Shown: positions 1 to 8,949 of the stretch, piece after piece
How the letters are laid out: each line of letters starts with the position of its first letter
How positions within the stretch are numbered: position 1 is the first letter of the stretch
IMG/VR virus record: IMGVR_UViG_3300022719_000152
Location: 54,794 to 118,793 of that record
Length of the DNA: 64,000 nt
Source of the DNA: a virus
Direction: 5' to 3' (one strand)
The notes under the pieces: model-generated
Seen by the model: the letters and a program-made list of their open reading frames with translations, nothing else
Told to the model about the DNA's origin: nothing
The model's database searches: none
Made by a program: the position numbers and the translations under genes

Positions 1-1223
1 CACAAATTCACTCTCTTCTCTTGGTCGCGCTCCATGTAGTAGACGCGACCATCCATCAACTTCACTCTGCCGTCCTCGTCCTTGACTCCCCAGCAGATTG
101 CCGACAATTCGGATAAGGTGCTCTGGTACGCGGTTATGAGCGTTTTCACCTTCCGCACCTCACGGTCGTCGTTCTCTCTCCCTTGCTCTTCGTCAACGGC
201 ATTCAACTCCTTGAGGTACTCGACAGCTACTTCAAGAGATTTGACGAGGCCACTATCGAAGTTCAATGGCTTACGGAGAATGTCATAGGTGAACTCACTG
301 TGGAGTTTGCCAAAGAACTTCTCTGCTGCGCTACGAACAGTGCGAGCTATCTTCTGGGCTTGCTCATGCTTCATGTTGCCCAGCCGTCGGGTCAGCCACA
401 GGAAGCGCTTCTCTCCGTATTGAAACCCATTGAATGACATGGCGATGTCGCATGCTTCATGAGCCTCGTCGAAGATGATGGTGCTGTACCGAGGTAGCAA
501 CCCTACCATCCCTGCAGTGGCTTCCTTGATGAGAAAGTCTGTGTAGAGAAGATGATAGTTGGTGACAATGACACTGGCCTGTGACTTGATCTTGTTCTTG
601 GCCTTGAAGACATAGCACTCTTCAAAGAGAGGACAGTCCCCTCGAGAGCATTCATCGGAGCTAGAAGACACTTCTCTCCAGATGTGAGACGGGTACTCCT
701 TTTCGAGCTCGCTCTTGTCGCCGGTCTCTGTGTGGTCAAGAAACTCAAGGATTTCGTTGTACCACTCTTCATCACAGTCATTGTCGCCAAGCTCGTCGAT
801 CTTGTCGAGGCAAATGTAGTTGCTCATGCCTTTGACCAAGCTGAAGTTCAGAGGTGGCAACTCTTCAACCCAACTCATCATCTCTGCGATCATGGGCAGG
901 TCTTTCCGGTAGAGCTGCTCTTGAAGAGTGATGTTGGCCGTCACAATCAACACCGTGTTGTTGAGCATCTGCGCTTCTGCTGCAGCGGGGATGCCGTAGG
1001 CCATCGACTTTCCGGTACCGGTAGGCGCCTCAGAAAGGAGGTTTTTGCGGTTGAACATACACTCCGCAATCTTGTGAGCCAGCGCTAGCTGACCAGGTCG
1101 TGCTTTGTAATTCGTGATGAGATCGGCGAGAGCTCCTCCATCTCCCAACAGTTGGTTGATGAGATCTTGAACTGTGCCCAAATCATACGCAGGTTGTACT
1201 TCCATGAAGGTCTGCTGTTCCAT
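1..1223 (-). CDS. DinG/XPD-family helicase (C-terminal part runs off the window edge)
   Basis: Manual translation from the ATG at 1223 (GGAG RBS) gives ...YKARPGQ...LLSEAPTGTGKS (Q motif and Walker A), VVTANITLQEQL and IFDEAHE (DEAH). It is absent from the ORF track because it is truncated. Confidence 0.85.
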   Translation of the reverse strand, partial: MEQQTFMEVQPAYDLGTVQDLINQLLGDGGALADLITNYKARPGQLALAHKIAECMFNRKNLLSEAPTGTGKSMAYGIPAAAEAQMLNNTVLIVTANITLQEQLYRKDLPMIAEMMSWVEELPPLNFSLVKGMSNYICLDKIDELGDNDCDEEWYNEILEFLDHTETGDKSELEKEYPSHIWREVSSSSDECSRGDCPLFEECYVFKAKNKIKSQASVIVTNYHLLYTDFLIKEATAGMVGLLPRYSTIIFDEAHEACDIAMSFNGFQYGEKRFLWLTRRLGNMKHEQAQKIARTVRSAAEKFFGKLHSEFTYDILRKPLNFDSGLVKSLEVAVEYLKELNAVDEEQGRENDDREVRKVKTLITAYQSTLSELSAICWGVKDEDGRVKLMDGRVYYMERDQEKRVNL

Positions 1224-1236
1224 GTACAATCTCCAG

Positions 1237-1260
1237 CAAACCGGGGGCCGAAGCCCTCGG
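1237..1260 (-). terminator. Hairpin with a C-UUCG-G tetraloop downstream of the histone gene; possible weak terminator
   Basis: Minus strand reads CCGAGGGC-TTCG-GCCCCCGG followed by TTTG. Confidence 0.45.
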
Positions 1261-1292
1261 CTGCCTTTCCGTAAATTGGTTGAGTGACCTTC

Positions 1293-1493
1293 TTACAGGT
1301 CAGCAGGACGAACGGTGCTACGGCCGTTCTCTTGGGCACGAATAATCGCGCCCTCAATGATGCCGCCCACCTTCTCGGCGAGGGCCTCATTGAAATCACC
1401 AGAGCTTCGGAAGCCATTCTCTCCAATGGCTTCCTTGACCTTGGAGGCAACGGTGAAGGGTTTGGTCTTTACTTTGATGCTGTTCTTGCCCAT
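1293..1493 (-). CDS. Bacterial-type single histone-fold protein (Bd0055/DUF1931-like)
   Basis: 66 aa with an N-terminal VASKVKE segment and a C-terminal RAQENGRSTVRPADL, matching the R-x-T-V-x-x-x-D L2/alpha3 histone signature. AGGAG RBS. Confidence 0.8.
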   Translation of the reverse strand: MGKNSIKVKTKPFTVASKVKEAIGENGFRSSGDFNEALAEKVGGIIEGAIIRAQENGRSTVRPADL

Positions 1494-1494
1494 T

Positions 1495-2190
1495 TCAGGC
1501 TCCTATGTGTTTGGCCAAGATGTCCTTGGCCGCATTGATGAGGGCCATCTTTTCATGATTGGGTTCCATGCCTCTGTCAGGATGAAACTCCCACGACAAC
1601 TTGAGATGTTGCTGTCGAAGCTCCTTCTTGGTCGGCGTGGATATCAAACCTAGAACTGTCATGGCCCAACCAACAGTTCTGAAGCGCCCTCCGGGGTCGT
1701 ACCACCGTTCCCCGTTCTTTGGCGGCGTCCAAGTGTAGCGCCTAGACTCCCGCCTCTTCTTCCGATCACGCTCCGGAGTTGAGTACCGTGCCTTTGTCCA
1801 CTCATCATGCTTGGCTTGTGCACTAGCAACCTTCTCCGGGTCGTCAGGTACAAACTTGAAAGCCCTGTTCCACAGAGTTTCAAGGCGATCTGGCTCCTCT
1901 ACGAGATCGTCCCAAAATGAGCAAGACCCTTCTGTGAAAGAAGAGCACTCTTCGCAGAAGGGTAGATCGAAGTACTCATGAATGAGTCCTTCAACTATCC
2001 ACTTCTGTCGCTGGCTCACATTCCAAGTCTGGCTGTGAGGGTAGAAGTAGCAGGTAGCTACCCCCATTCTTTCTTTGAGGTCATTGATGAATCCCTCATT
2101 GAAAGGGAGGCGGTACGACATTACCTTCTCACCCCTCTCGGAGTTGAGGTAGTCGTACCGCCTCACAAAGTGGACGTGTGAATAAGACAC
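1495..2190 (-). CDS. Protein with a C-terminal DnaJ-type J-domain
   Basis: C-terminal VLGL...KELRQQHLKLSWEFHPDRG...MALINAAKDIL contains the HPD motif. Confidence 0.7.
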   Translation of the reverse strand: MSYSHVHFVRRYDYLNSERGEKVMSYRLPFNEGFINDLKERMGVATCYFYPHSQTWNVSQRQKWIVEGLIHEYFDLPFCEECSSFTEGSCSFWDDLVEEPDRLETLWNRAFKFVPDDPEKVASAQAKHDEWTKARYSTPERDRKKRRESRRYTWTPPKNGERWYDPGGRFRTVGWAMTVLGLISTPTKKELRQQHLKLSWEFHPDRGMEPNHEKMALINAAKDILAKHIGA

Positions 2191-2197
2191 GTACTAC

Positions 2198-3334
2198 CTA
2201 GGCTACAGCCTTCATCAACTTACCGGCCTGCTCCTCTAGAGCAACGCGGTCTTCGTTGTTCTCTTTAGTCCGTGCCTCGGCAGTGAGACCTTGGACCAAG
2301 TTCCATACTGAGTACGGAGAGGAACTGGGGTCAGCCCCTCGCTCTTCTTCCCGGGCAGATTCCAGGCCTGCTTGGGCAAAGGATTTGGTGAAGCCACGGT
2401 CCTGCAACCATTGCAGAGCGCCCTTCTCATCTTTGGCCACAGTCTTCTGCCGACTAGCCTCAAGCAAACCAACAACCTTATCCGTAGAAGAATTGACATA
2501 CTCCTCCAAGGAAGGAACTGCATCACGCACCCATCGGTCTGGGGCGCCGGAAGTATGCCGGATGCGGAGCTCCTGGAAGCCAGTGAGGCTAGTGATTGTC
2601 CGGTTGGCGCATGCGCCATTCATCAGGAACTCAGCAATGCCGCAGGTTCCATCGCCAACTTCTGAGTTCCAAGCATAGAACCCTCGGAACAGTGGCTTGG
2701 TTATCCCCTTCAAGGTGATGGGGTTGGTCTCATTGACCAGGAAGATGAACACTTTCCTATCGCTGGCTGTGATGAAGCCCTTGTGCAGATGGAACGCAGT
2801 CTTCTGTGGCACCGTCCAAGTTTCTGGGTCTACGTACTGCTGCACTGCTGCAGCGAGCTCGTGGTTCCAGATGCGCCCGTAGGACGGGCTGTTGATGGCC
2901 GCGCATTCTGGCCGATCATCAGTGGCTCCAGGATGAGCCTTGCGAAGAAGCATCTTCACATCCTTGCGATCCGAGAACTGCGCCTTCCAGGTCAACGGTA
3001 CTTGAGCCAGAGCTGCGGGGTATTTCCGCCACTCTCCTGCTCGAGCACCAATGGCTTGGCAGAACTGATTGAAGCTGTGGTTGTTCAGCTTTGCAGCTTG
3101 TCCATCTTTCATGATGAACATGTCGTCTGCTCCGGGTCGGAGAGATTCTCCAGACGCGCGGAGCTGTAGGTGTTCGACAGCAGCCTCTTTGACAAAGCTG
3201 TTGTCTTTGAGATTCCTGGTGTGCTCAACCAGGGGCTCTACTGCATCAAATACAAGATCACCGGGACGCCGTGCCCAAGCTGCTTGCGACTCCACGCTAC
3301 GAGTGGTGAGAGTCTCTGCGTTTGCTTGATCCAT
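2198..3334 (-). CDS. DUF932-like phage/plasmid protein
   Basis: Motifs SPSYGRIWN, GFYAWNSEVG, ACANR, IRHTSG and WNLVQGLT. Strong AGGAGG RBS. Confidence 0.55.
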   Translation of the reverse strand: MDQANAETLTTRSVESQAAWARRPGDLVFDAVEPLVEHTRNLKDNSFVKEAAVEHLQLRASGESLRPGADDMFIMKDGQAAKLNNHSFNQFCQAIGARAGEWRKYPAALAQVPLTWKAQFSDRKDVKMLLRKAHPGATDDRPECAAINSPSYGRIWNHELAAAVQQYVDPETWTVPQKTAFHLHKGFITASDRKVFIFLVNETNPITLKGITKPLFRGFYAWNSEVGDGTCGIAEFLMNGACANRTITSLTGFQELRIRHTSGAPDRWVRDAVPSLEEYVNSSTDKVVGLLEASRQKTVAKDEKGALQWLQDRGFTKSFAQAGLESAREEERGADPSSSPYSVWNLVQGLTAEARTKENNEDRVALEEQAGKLMKAVA

Positions 3335-3382
3335 TTCGGTCCTCCTAAAGAAAAAGGTTAATTGGGTTACAACTACGTGCTG

Positions 3383-3412
3383 CTTGTTCCGAAAAGGTTC
3401 CTACCTTTTCAA
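3383..3412 (-). promoter_or_regulatory. Putative phage promoter (bipartite motif, variant copy)
   Basis: Minus strand TTGAAA-N15-CGGAACAAG upstream of the 2198-3334 gene. Confidence 0.4.
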
Positions 3413-3829
3413 GCCTCCCTTCTTAGACAAGACCAGAGACAATCTGGTCTTCAACTTTTCTACTCTTGTCCTTAGGCGCTTATTCTCTGCCAGCAGTTCC
3501 TTTCTGGACATTTCCTCTACTGGGATAGCGTCGGAGGGCTGGTCAAGTCGAAGACAGTAGGCGTGAAGCCCCTCTTCGGACTCCCCTACTCTCTTTCTTT
3601 CCACCAAGTAGCCGCCGAACTTCACTTTGCGCAGGTCTCGCAGTCGGGCACTTACTGATTGAGTGGTGCCCCCCGTGATCTGAGCTATCTCGTGTAGAGT
3701 CCTCCACTCCCCGTCGGACATGAGCATCTTGACCCTGTCCAGTTGAGACTTGAGTCGAGCATAGTCATGCCGCGGCTCGTAGGTTACTCCGTCAAACTGT
3801 GGCTTGTTTACGTGCCTTGTTCCAGTCAC
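3401..3829 (-). CDS. Helix-turn-helix protein with a C-terminal coiled coil
   Basis: DGEWRTLHEIAQITGGTTQSVSARLRDLRK fits a winged-HTH pattern common in phages. Confidence 0.6.
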   Translation of the reverse strand: MTGTRHVNKPQFDGVTYEPRHDYARLKSQLDRVKMLMSDGEWRTLHEIAQITGGTTQSVSARLRDLRKVKFGGYLVERKRVGESEEGLHAYCLRLDQPSDAIPVEEMSRKELLAENKRLRTRVEKLKTRLSLVLSKKGGLKR

Positions 3830-4382
3830 GTTTCTTCACCTGTGCCCACACAGAGCTGTAGAGGTCTACGAAGTCGAAGCCGAACATCGTGCAAAGGCTT
3901 TGTACAACCACAATCACCTGAGTGAAGTGCCTCTTGCCCTCCGCTCGGTGCTTGGCCTCCGAGCCTCTGATCTTATGCTCTGACTTGAGGTGATGATGGC
4001 TGATGCGCCCGACAGCTTGAGACAGACTGAGTAGAGCTCCTCGAATTTCATCCAGAAACTCTCCCTCGCTGGAGTACTCATCTCGGTACCTACCGAAGTC
4101 GCGGCCTTTGGCGAGGTGCTCGATCTCGGACATGCGCCAGTCCATGCGGTTGGCGTAGTCGCATCCAAAGATGACGATGTCTGCCAATGAGTCGGCGATC
4201 TCGTCTTTGACCTCTTCCAGTTCCTTATGGTGGAAGAAGAAAGCCTCACAAGGCTCGATGAGCTCACTGACTTCCTCCATGAGTCCAAGGAGAGGTTGAT
4301 AGGGTGGGCCATCCCCAAAGTTCTTCTTCGACCAGGGGAGATGCTCCTCTTGGAGCTGGGCAAGGGTAACCTTCTGGGTCAT
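3792..4382 (-). CDS. MazG-like all-alpha NTP pyrophosphohydrolase
   Basis: LLGLMEEVSEL...DSLADI motif, W..V..RDW C-terminus, and an apparent internal duplication of the helical unit. Confidence 0.65.
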   Translation of the reverse strand: MTQKVTLAQLQEEHLPWSKKNFGDGPPYQPLLGLMEEVSELIEPCEAFFFHHKELEEVKDEIADSLADIVIFGCDYANRMDWRMSEIEHLAKGRDFGRYRDEYSSEGEFLDEIRGALLSLSQAVGRISHHHLKSEHKIRGSEAKHRAEGKRHFTQVIVVVQSLCTMFGFDFVDLYSSVWAQVKKRDWNKARKQATV

Positions 4383-4840
4383 AGTTTCTTCTCCACAATC
4401 TTGGGTGCGGCCCGTCCAGACTCACCACCCATATTGGATGCTAGTTTCTGTGCATCGACATTCGTCCGCTGCATGAACATCAACGGTGAGTACGCTGGAG
4501 GGCAGATGAGAATCTTCGATGCTTTGGTTGGGACATAGGACATTCGCAACCGGCCTTTCTCTAAGTTGCTCGTGTCGTAAACAGCGGCATACGTAGCTGC
4601 ATGCTTGAACTTCAATCTAGCGAGGTAAGTGCCGAGCCTCTGACCATCAGAGAAAGACACTTTGTACTCGCCTGTAGGGACGTTGGTGAGTCCCTGCACT
4701 GTGACCACGAGGTGGTCTTCCGCATTGACGTCGTCACGAACAGCTTCGTTACGCACACCAATGAAATTTGGAACCGGGTCCTCTTTGATTTTCGGCTTGG
4801 GTTTCTCTAGTTGGTTCCATGGGAAGTCCAGTGGGTTCAC
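4379..4840 (-). CDS. Hypothetical protein
   Basis: 153-aa ORF overlapping its neighbours by 4 nt within the operon. Confidence 0.55.
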   Translation of the reverse strand: MNPLDFPWNQLEKPKPKIKEDPVPNFIGVRNEAVRDDVNAEDHLVVTVQGLTNVPTGEYKVSFSDGQRLGTYLARLKFKHAATYAAVYDTSNLEKGRLRMSYVPTKASKILICPPAYSPLMFMQRTNVDAQKLASNMGGESGRAAPKIVEKKL

Positions 4841-5373
4841 AGGATGTCCCTAACCCGAGCCCAAGTGAATCGAGGTGACCAGGTCACATTCTGATTGTAT
4901 GGAGTGTCATAGAGATACGCCGTCCCATCAGGATGCTTGAGATGCCAGCCGACCACATTCTTTGGTCGGTCATCGATGATGTAGTCACCGGGCTCCTCGG
5001 ACTTGTCCTTGGCGATGGTGACCTCATCCTCCTCAAACCCAAAGTGGCGCTTGAGCCACCGCTTACGGACCTCTGCCCAGTCCGGACAAGAAGGCCAAGG
5101 CGACGTGATGACATGGAGGTCATGCCCGAGCATGTGCAGATACTCCACACCGCCTTTGGCGCCGTCCACCACTGGCATGGAGTCCCACCACTCTGGATCG
5201 CTGAGTCGAGCGTAGACTGCCCCTCGTTCCTTCTTGGGGTATAGTTTGATGATATCCCAAGAAGGATTTCTTGGGAGCTCAAGTGGGAACTCCTCCAACA
5301 GGTGCTCACAGAAATCCCCAAGCACCTGGTCAGAATCCAACAGACCTCTAATCGTCTTCGACACCGGGTTCAC
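4837..5373 (-). CDS. 5'(3')-deoxyribonucleotidase, HAD family (NT5C-like)
   Basis: LLDSDQVLGDF (DxD), ITSP, WLKRHF, IIDDRPKN and PYNQ motifs. Confidence 0.8.
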   Translation of the reverse strand: MNPVSKTIRGLLDSDQVLGDFCEHLLEEFPLELPRNPSWDIIKLYPKKERGAVYARLSDPEWWDSMPVVDGAKGGVEYLHMLGHDLHVITSPWPSCPDWAEVRKRWLKRHFGFEEDEVTIAKDKSEEPGDYIIDDRPKNVVGWHLKHPDGTAYLYDTPYNQNVTWSPRFTWARVRDIL

Positions 5374-5752
5374 CCTTCGGGTTAATGTAATTCTCGTGCT
5401 GCTTGACGATGCCGTCTAGTAACTCTTGGAGCCACTTGGCTGGGTCGGCACACTCCTCCCCAGTGCCGTGCTCTTGAATGTAGTAGCAGCCCTGCCTAAG
5501 TACGCGGGCCACTTTCTTTGTGTCCTCGATGCTCAAGGTCACTTCAGCACAGCCCCTACGCTCATCGTAGAGTGCCACGCTGCCAGGTCTCCCCTTGGGC
5601 TCCAGAGGCTTCTTTGGAAGGATGTGGGTGCAGGCGTACCGAATAGATTCCAGACTCTCATCGGATACCTTGAAGTCGGCCTGTCCTCCCCACCGTTCCA
5701 AGACAACAATTCCACCCGGAGCGAACCCTCTAAGTTTTGTGTTGCCAGCCAT
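5348..5752 (-). CDS. Hypothetical protein
   Basis: 134-aa ORF coupled to the upstream ParB-like gene by a TGATG overlap. Confidence 0.55.
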   Translation of the reverse strand: MAGNTKLRGFAPGGIVVLERWGGQADFKVSDESLESIRYACTHILPKKPLEPKGRPGSVALYDERRGCAEVTLSIEDTKKVARVLRQGCYYIQEHGTGEECADPAKWLQELLDGIVKQHENYINPKGEPGVEDD

Positions 5753-6657
5753 CAGACGTTATCCCAGTCGAAGACGTCAGTCGGCTTGCACTGACCCTTG
5801 ATGCATTGGAGCACCAAGAGCTGTGCATTGAGGGCCTTGTTGCGCGGGTACTTCTTCAGCTTCCCACGCACGAGGTCCTCTAGCTTGCGGCAACGCTCAG
5901 ATGCATCAGCCGCAATCTTGTATGGCGGGGGAGTGTTGGCCACCGTATTACTCTGGAAGCTGAGTTTGGTCTTGACCTTCTTCCCCTTGTTCTTCGCCTT
6001 TTCTCGAGCCTCGCTGATGATGCGGTCGCTCTGCTCACGAGTCTTACCCGTGACCTTCTTGAGAACCTTCTCTTGGTCCTTCTTGGGGAGCTGAGCGATC
6101 TTGGCTGCAGTCCGAGTGGACACACCACCCTTCTCAGGTGACTTCTGCGCTGCTTTCTTCAATACCGATGACGCCTTCTTCTTCACCGTCAGGAACTCCC
6201 GCACAGAGCGGACGTTGACTGAGAGAGCTTTGGCAACCTGCTCAGCTTTGACGCCAAGCTCCTCGAACCTCCTGACAGCCCTTTTCATCTCTGACCTGTT
6301 GAGAGGCTTACGCTCTTTGTTGCCGGCGACAGCTACAATCAGAGCCGCAGAGTCACTCATGACCCCGCGGTCTAGCACAGGAATCTTCTTCATCTTGGCT
6401 AATTGAGCCGCACGGTACCGTCGTTCTCCATCGACGATGGAGTATGCGAACTTGGTCTTGGTGGGGTTGTAGATACGACGGACGATGATGGGATAGATGA
6501 TCCCATTGTTCTTCACGGAGGCGACGAGTTCCGCGTCAGGTTTGATGTTGGCTTCACTTCTTGGGTTCCAACCCTTTGCCACGCTTATCTTCGATAAGGC
6601 GACGTCCAGTAATCCTTCTTGGATTTTGGTTGGTACTTTCTTCCTCGCTGCTGGCAT
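5752..6657 (-). CDS. ParB/Srx-domain protein with a basic C-terminal region
   Basis: NPR...ELVASVKNNGIIYPIIVR...IVDGERRYRAA, followed by an HTH-like segment. Confidence 0.85.
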   Translation of the reverse strand: MPAARKKVPTKIQEGLLDVALSKISVAKGWNPRSEANIKPDAELVASVKNNGIIYPIIVRRIYNPTKTKFAYSIVDGERRYRAAQLAKMKKIPVLDRGVMSDSAALIVAVAGNKERKPLNRSEMKRAVRRFEELGVKAEQVAKALSVNVRSVREFLTVKKKASSVLKKAAQKSPEKGGVSTRTAAKIAQLPKKDQEKVLKKVTGKTREQSDRIISEAREKAKNKGKKVKTKLSFQSNTVANTPPPYKIAADASERCRKLEDLVRGKLKKYPRNKALNAQLLVLQCIKGQCKPTDVFDWDNV

Positions 6658-6958
6658 TCTGGTCTCCCTTTATCAGTATGTCAGGGTCACCCAGATTCTC
6701 TGCTGGATGAACAAGTTGTATGTCATTTGGGTCACTCATTGCCGGCGAGGAAAACTCCAACGCAGGCATTTCATCTTGGTGGTAGTACCTTTCCAACCCA
6801 GGGATTTGTGGTAGCTCCCCAGTGAAGGTTCGGTATACCTCGATCATCAGATACATCAGGCGATCTGGTCCTGCTATTCCCATCCCGAACTCAGTGAGCG
6901 CGGTGAGGATGAGCCTAGTCGCCTTCTTCTTCCTCTTCCAGTCGAGCAATTTCTTCAT
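6554..6958 (-). CDS. Hypothetical protein (start and reality uncertain)
   Basis: The open frame fills the 6660-6915 gap but overlaps both neighbours. The real start may be an internal Met. Confidence 0.3.
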   Translation of the reverse strand: MKKLLDWKRKKKATRLILTALTEFGMGIAGPDRLMYLMIEVYRTFTGELPQIPGLERYYHQDEMPALEFSSPAMSDPNDIQLVHPAENLGDPDILIKGDQNASSEEESTNQNPRRITGRRLIEDKRGKGLEPKK

Positions 6959-7277
6959 CAGTCAATGCCTCTATCTCCCAGAGTTGACCGTTGACCCAGG
7001 CCACCTTCGTGGGCCGACCTGTGCCAATGATGGGCCGGACCTTCTTGAATGGTCGCTCTTCCTCACCTTCTTTCAAAAAGGCTCCCTGCCCAAAATACAC
7101 ATGGACAGGATTTGCAAGAGCTACTTCTTGGTCCGCATCGACGATGAGTGTTGCTTGACCGTAGAGCTGTAGTCCCTTCGCCACGAGCTCACCAATGAAG
7201 TAGCGGGCGTCCTGTCGATCTAGGTCCTCTACTCTGATGGTGTTCAGCGCCTCAGGGGCTTCGTCTTGTTCGAGCAT
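6915..7277 (-). CDS. Hypothetical acidic protein
   Basis: GGGAGG RBS. First gene after the promoter-like motif. Confidence 0.6.
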   Translation of the reverse strand: MLEQDEAPEALNTIRVEDLDRQDARYFIGELVAKGLQLYGQATLIVDADQEVALANPVHVYFGQGAFLKEGEEERPFKKVRPIIGTGRPTKVAWVNGQLWEIEALTDEEIARLEEEEEGD

Positions 7278-7349
7278 TTGGCCTCCCTTCAGTCATCTCT
7301 AAAATGATGGCCAGCATAGATCAACGATAATGAGTCTTCCGCTGCCTCA

Positions 7350-7380
7350 GTTATACCCGCGGGCGCACTACCCTTTTCAC
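7350..7380 (-). promoter_or_regulatory. Putative phage promoter (bipartite motif)
   Basis: Minus strand GTGAAA-N16-GGGTATAAC at the head of the 1-7277 gene block. Confidence 0.55.
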
Positions 7381-7430
7381 TAAAAAACTGACCGGGTCAG
7401 CTTTGAGTCTTCAAGTCATCGTATTACTTG

Positions 7431-7473
7431 AAGAAATGAAGCCCCACCCGAACCGGAGAAGCCGGGTGGGGCT
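7431..7473 (-). terminator. Rho-independent terminator ending the structural operon
   Basis: 11-bp stem AGCCCCACCCG/CGGGTGGGGCT followed on the minus strand by TCATTTCTT. Confidence 0.65.
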
Positions 7474-7518
7474 AGAAGTCAACACGCTCGGGAGACCAAT
7501 CCTTAGCGCGCCGACAAC

Positions 7519-7740
7519 CTACGGGCTGGGGTTGGAGATCCTGGGATGGTGACTACGCGGTCCCTGAATCTGTTTCAACTTGTTCTTGGGGGCCTGCAGC
7601 TTGAGCAAACGACCCTCCGTACCGTGCGGAGTAGTCACCTGTTGGTGTGCGTTGTTCGCCTCTGTCAAACCAGGGATGGCCGGAACCGTGGCCGCCCGCT
7701 TGGTGAGCTCAGAGGCCAGCTTTGAGCTCCGCAGCAGCAT
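7519..7740 (-). CDS. Small protein with leader MLLRSSKLASELTKRA
   Basis: The ATG at 7740 sits just after the upstream stop. The N-terminus matches that of 29127-29411. Confidence 0.55.
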   Translation of the reverse strand: MLLRSSKLASELTKRAATVPAIPGLTEANNAHQQVTTPHGTEGRLLKLQAPKNKLKQIQGPRSHHPRISNPSP

Positions 7741-7741
7741 C

Positions 7742-8188
7742 TTACGACCCCGCCCTGAGTAGCCTGCCCCTGCCGAAGCCTTCCTGCATAGCGTACTGAG
7801 CGGCGTCTTCAGCGCCACTACGAAGCATGAAAGGGCTCTTCGCTGAGGTGGGGGCTAGCTTGCTATGCAGCCACTTGCCGGGGCCTGACGCACCAGAGAG
7901 AGCTTCTTGGTAGCGCTTGCCTAGGTCCGCAGCTCGCAGCTTCGGGCTCTTGAGAGAATGCCCAATGCCTTCACCGGCAGGTGTGAACTTCATCGACCGG
8001 CCGGTTTCCTTTGCTCGAGCAAGAGCGGTGTCCCCATACTGCTTGGCCAAGGCGGCAGACTCATCCATCAGGCCCTTGGTCTTCTTCAGGGTGGGAACGA
8101 CCTTTGACCCTAAGCCAAACAGAGTTGACTTGAGGCCAGCGATCTTCACCAGCTCGTCTGCGAAGGCTGAGTATATGGCTCCGTCCAT
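7742..8188 (-). CDS. Putative virion-internal protein with an AFADELVKIA leader
   Basis: GGGAG RBS, shared N-terminal motif, basic Gly/Ala-rich body. Confidence 0.65.
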   Translation of the reverse strand: MDGAIYSAFADELVKIAGLKSTLFGLGSKVVPTLKKTKGLMDESAALAKQYGDTALARAKETGRSMKFTPAGEGIGHSLKSPKLRAADLGKRYQEALSGASGPGKWLHSKLAPTSAKSPFMLRSGAEDAAQYAMQEGFGRGRLLRAGS

Positions 8189-8214
8189 AGTGGTCTCCCG
8201 TTCAGGAACGGACG

Positions 8215-8949
8215 TTAACCGAGGCCGAGAACTTCTTGATCTGCAGCATCGAGACCAACCAGCGCCAAGGCGCTGACCGCGATGGGAACCGCACGCTCGA
8301 ACTGCACACCGACATTCTCCTGGATGATTGTGCCCTGAGCATCCGTGGCAATGGTGTGATTCGGGATGTAGCTGGACTCCATGTAGACCGCGCCCACGGT
8401 ATCCTCATTACTGTCCCGAAAGTACGCCATGATGCCAATGGGCTGGTTGAACAGGTCTGAAGCCAGGTTCAGATACATGTTCTCGAAGCCCGGTGGGACC
8501 TTGACATTGTGGGCATTGGCAACGGTGAGAGCACCGATGTTGTTGGGGCCGATGACGGAGGGTACCAGAGTCGGCGGGAAGAGGTCCTGATAGTAGGCGT
8601 ACAGAACGCGCAGGAGCGACGGGCCATGGTATAGCACTCGACTCAACCCGAGCTGACCGACAGTCCGCCCTGAGATGAAGAAGGACCTCTCGGACCCCAC
8701 TTCCCAGATTCGGTTGAACTGTCGGTTGTGGCTCAGGTTGAAGTTCTGGACGATGCCGATGGGGAAGACGATCTCGTCGGCTACCCCTCCAGACAGTCCG
8801 TCGCCGGCAAAGGTGAGAGCTCCAACGTTCGCCAGTCGCGGCGGGCCTGCAGCAAGCAGGGTGAAGCTCGCATTCAAAAACTGACCGTCAACTAGGCCAG
8901 ATTGAATGTACCTGTTGTACGGTTGCCATTGAGAGAGCCTAGCCACCAT
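8215..8949 (-). CDS. Tail tube protein (putative)
   Basis: Lies downstream of the sheath. Beta-rich IGIVQNFNLSHNRQFNRIWEVGS...IQENVGVQFER pattern. GGAGGAGG RBS. Confidence 0.65.
   Translation of the reverse strand: MVARLSQWQPYNRYIQSGLVDGQFLNASFTLLAAGPPRLANVGALTFAGDGLSGGVADEIVFPIGIVQNFNLSHNRQFNRIWEVGSERSFFISGRTVGQLGLSRVLYHGPSLLRVLYAYYQDLFPPTLVPSVIGPNNIGALTVANAHNVKVPPGFENMYLNLASDLFNQPIGIMAYFRDSNEDTVGAVYMESSYIPNHTIATDAQGTIIQENVGVQFERAVPIAVSALALVGLDAADQEVLGLG

Noticed and set aside
1085-1450. 121-aa minus-strand ORF
   Set aside because: Overlaps the histone and DinG genes, which have better RBS and motif support in other frames.
4379-4840. Possible ubiquitin-like beta-grasp domain
   Set aside because: Only a loose hydrophobic pattern, with no C-terminal GG and no E1/E2/JAB partner nearby. 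It cannot be supported without a profile search.
6660-6915. Possible structured ncRNA between ParB-like and upstream genes
   Set aside because: No convincing stems or known motif, and an open reading frame spans the gap.
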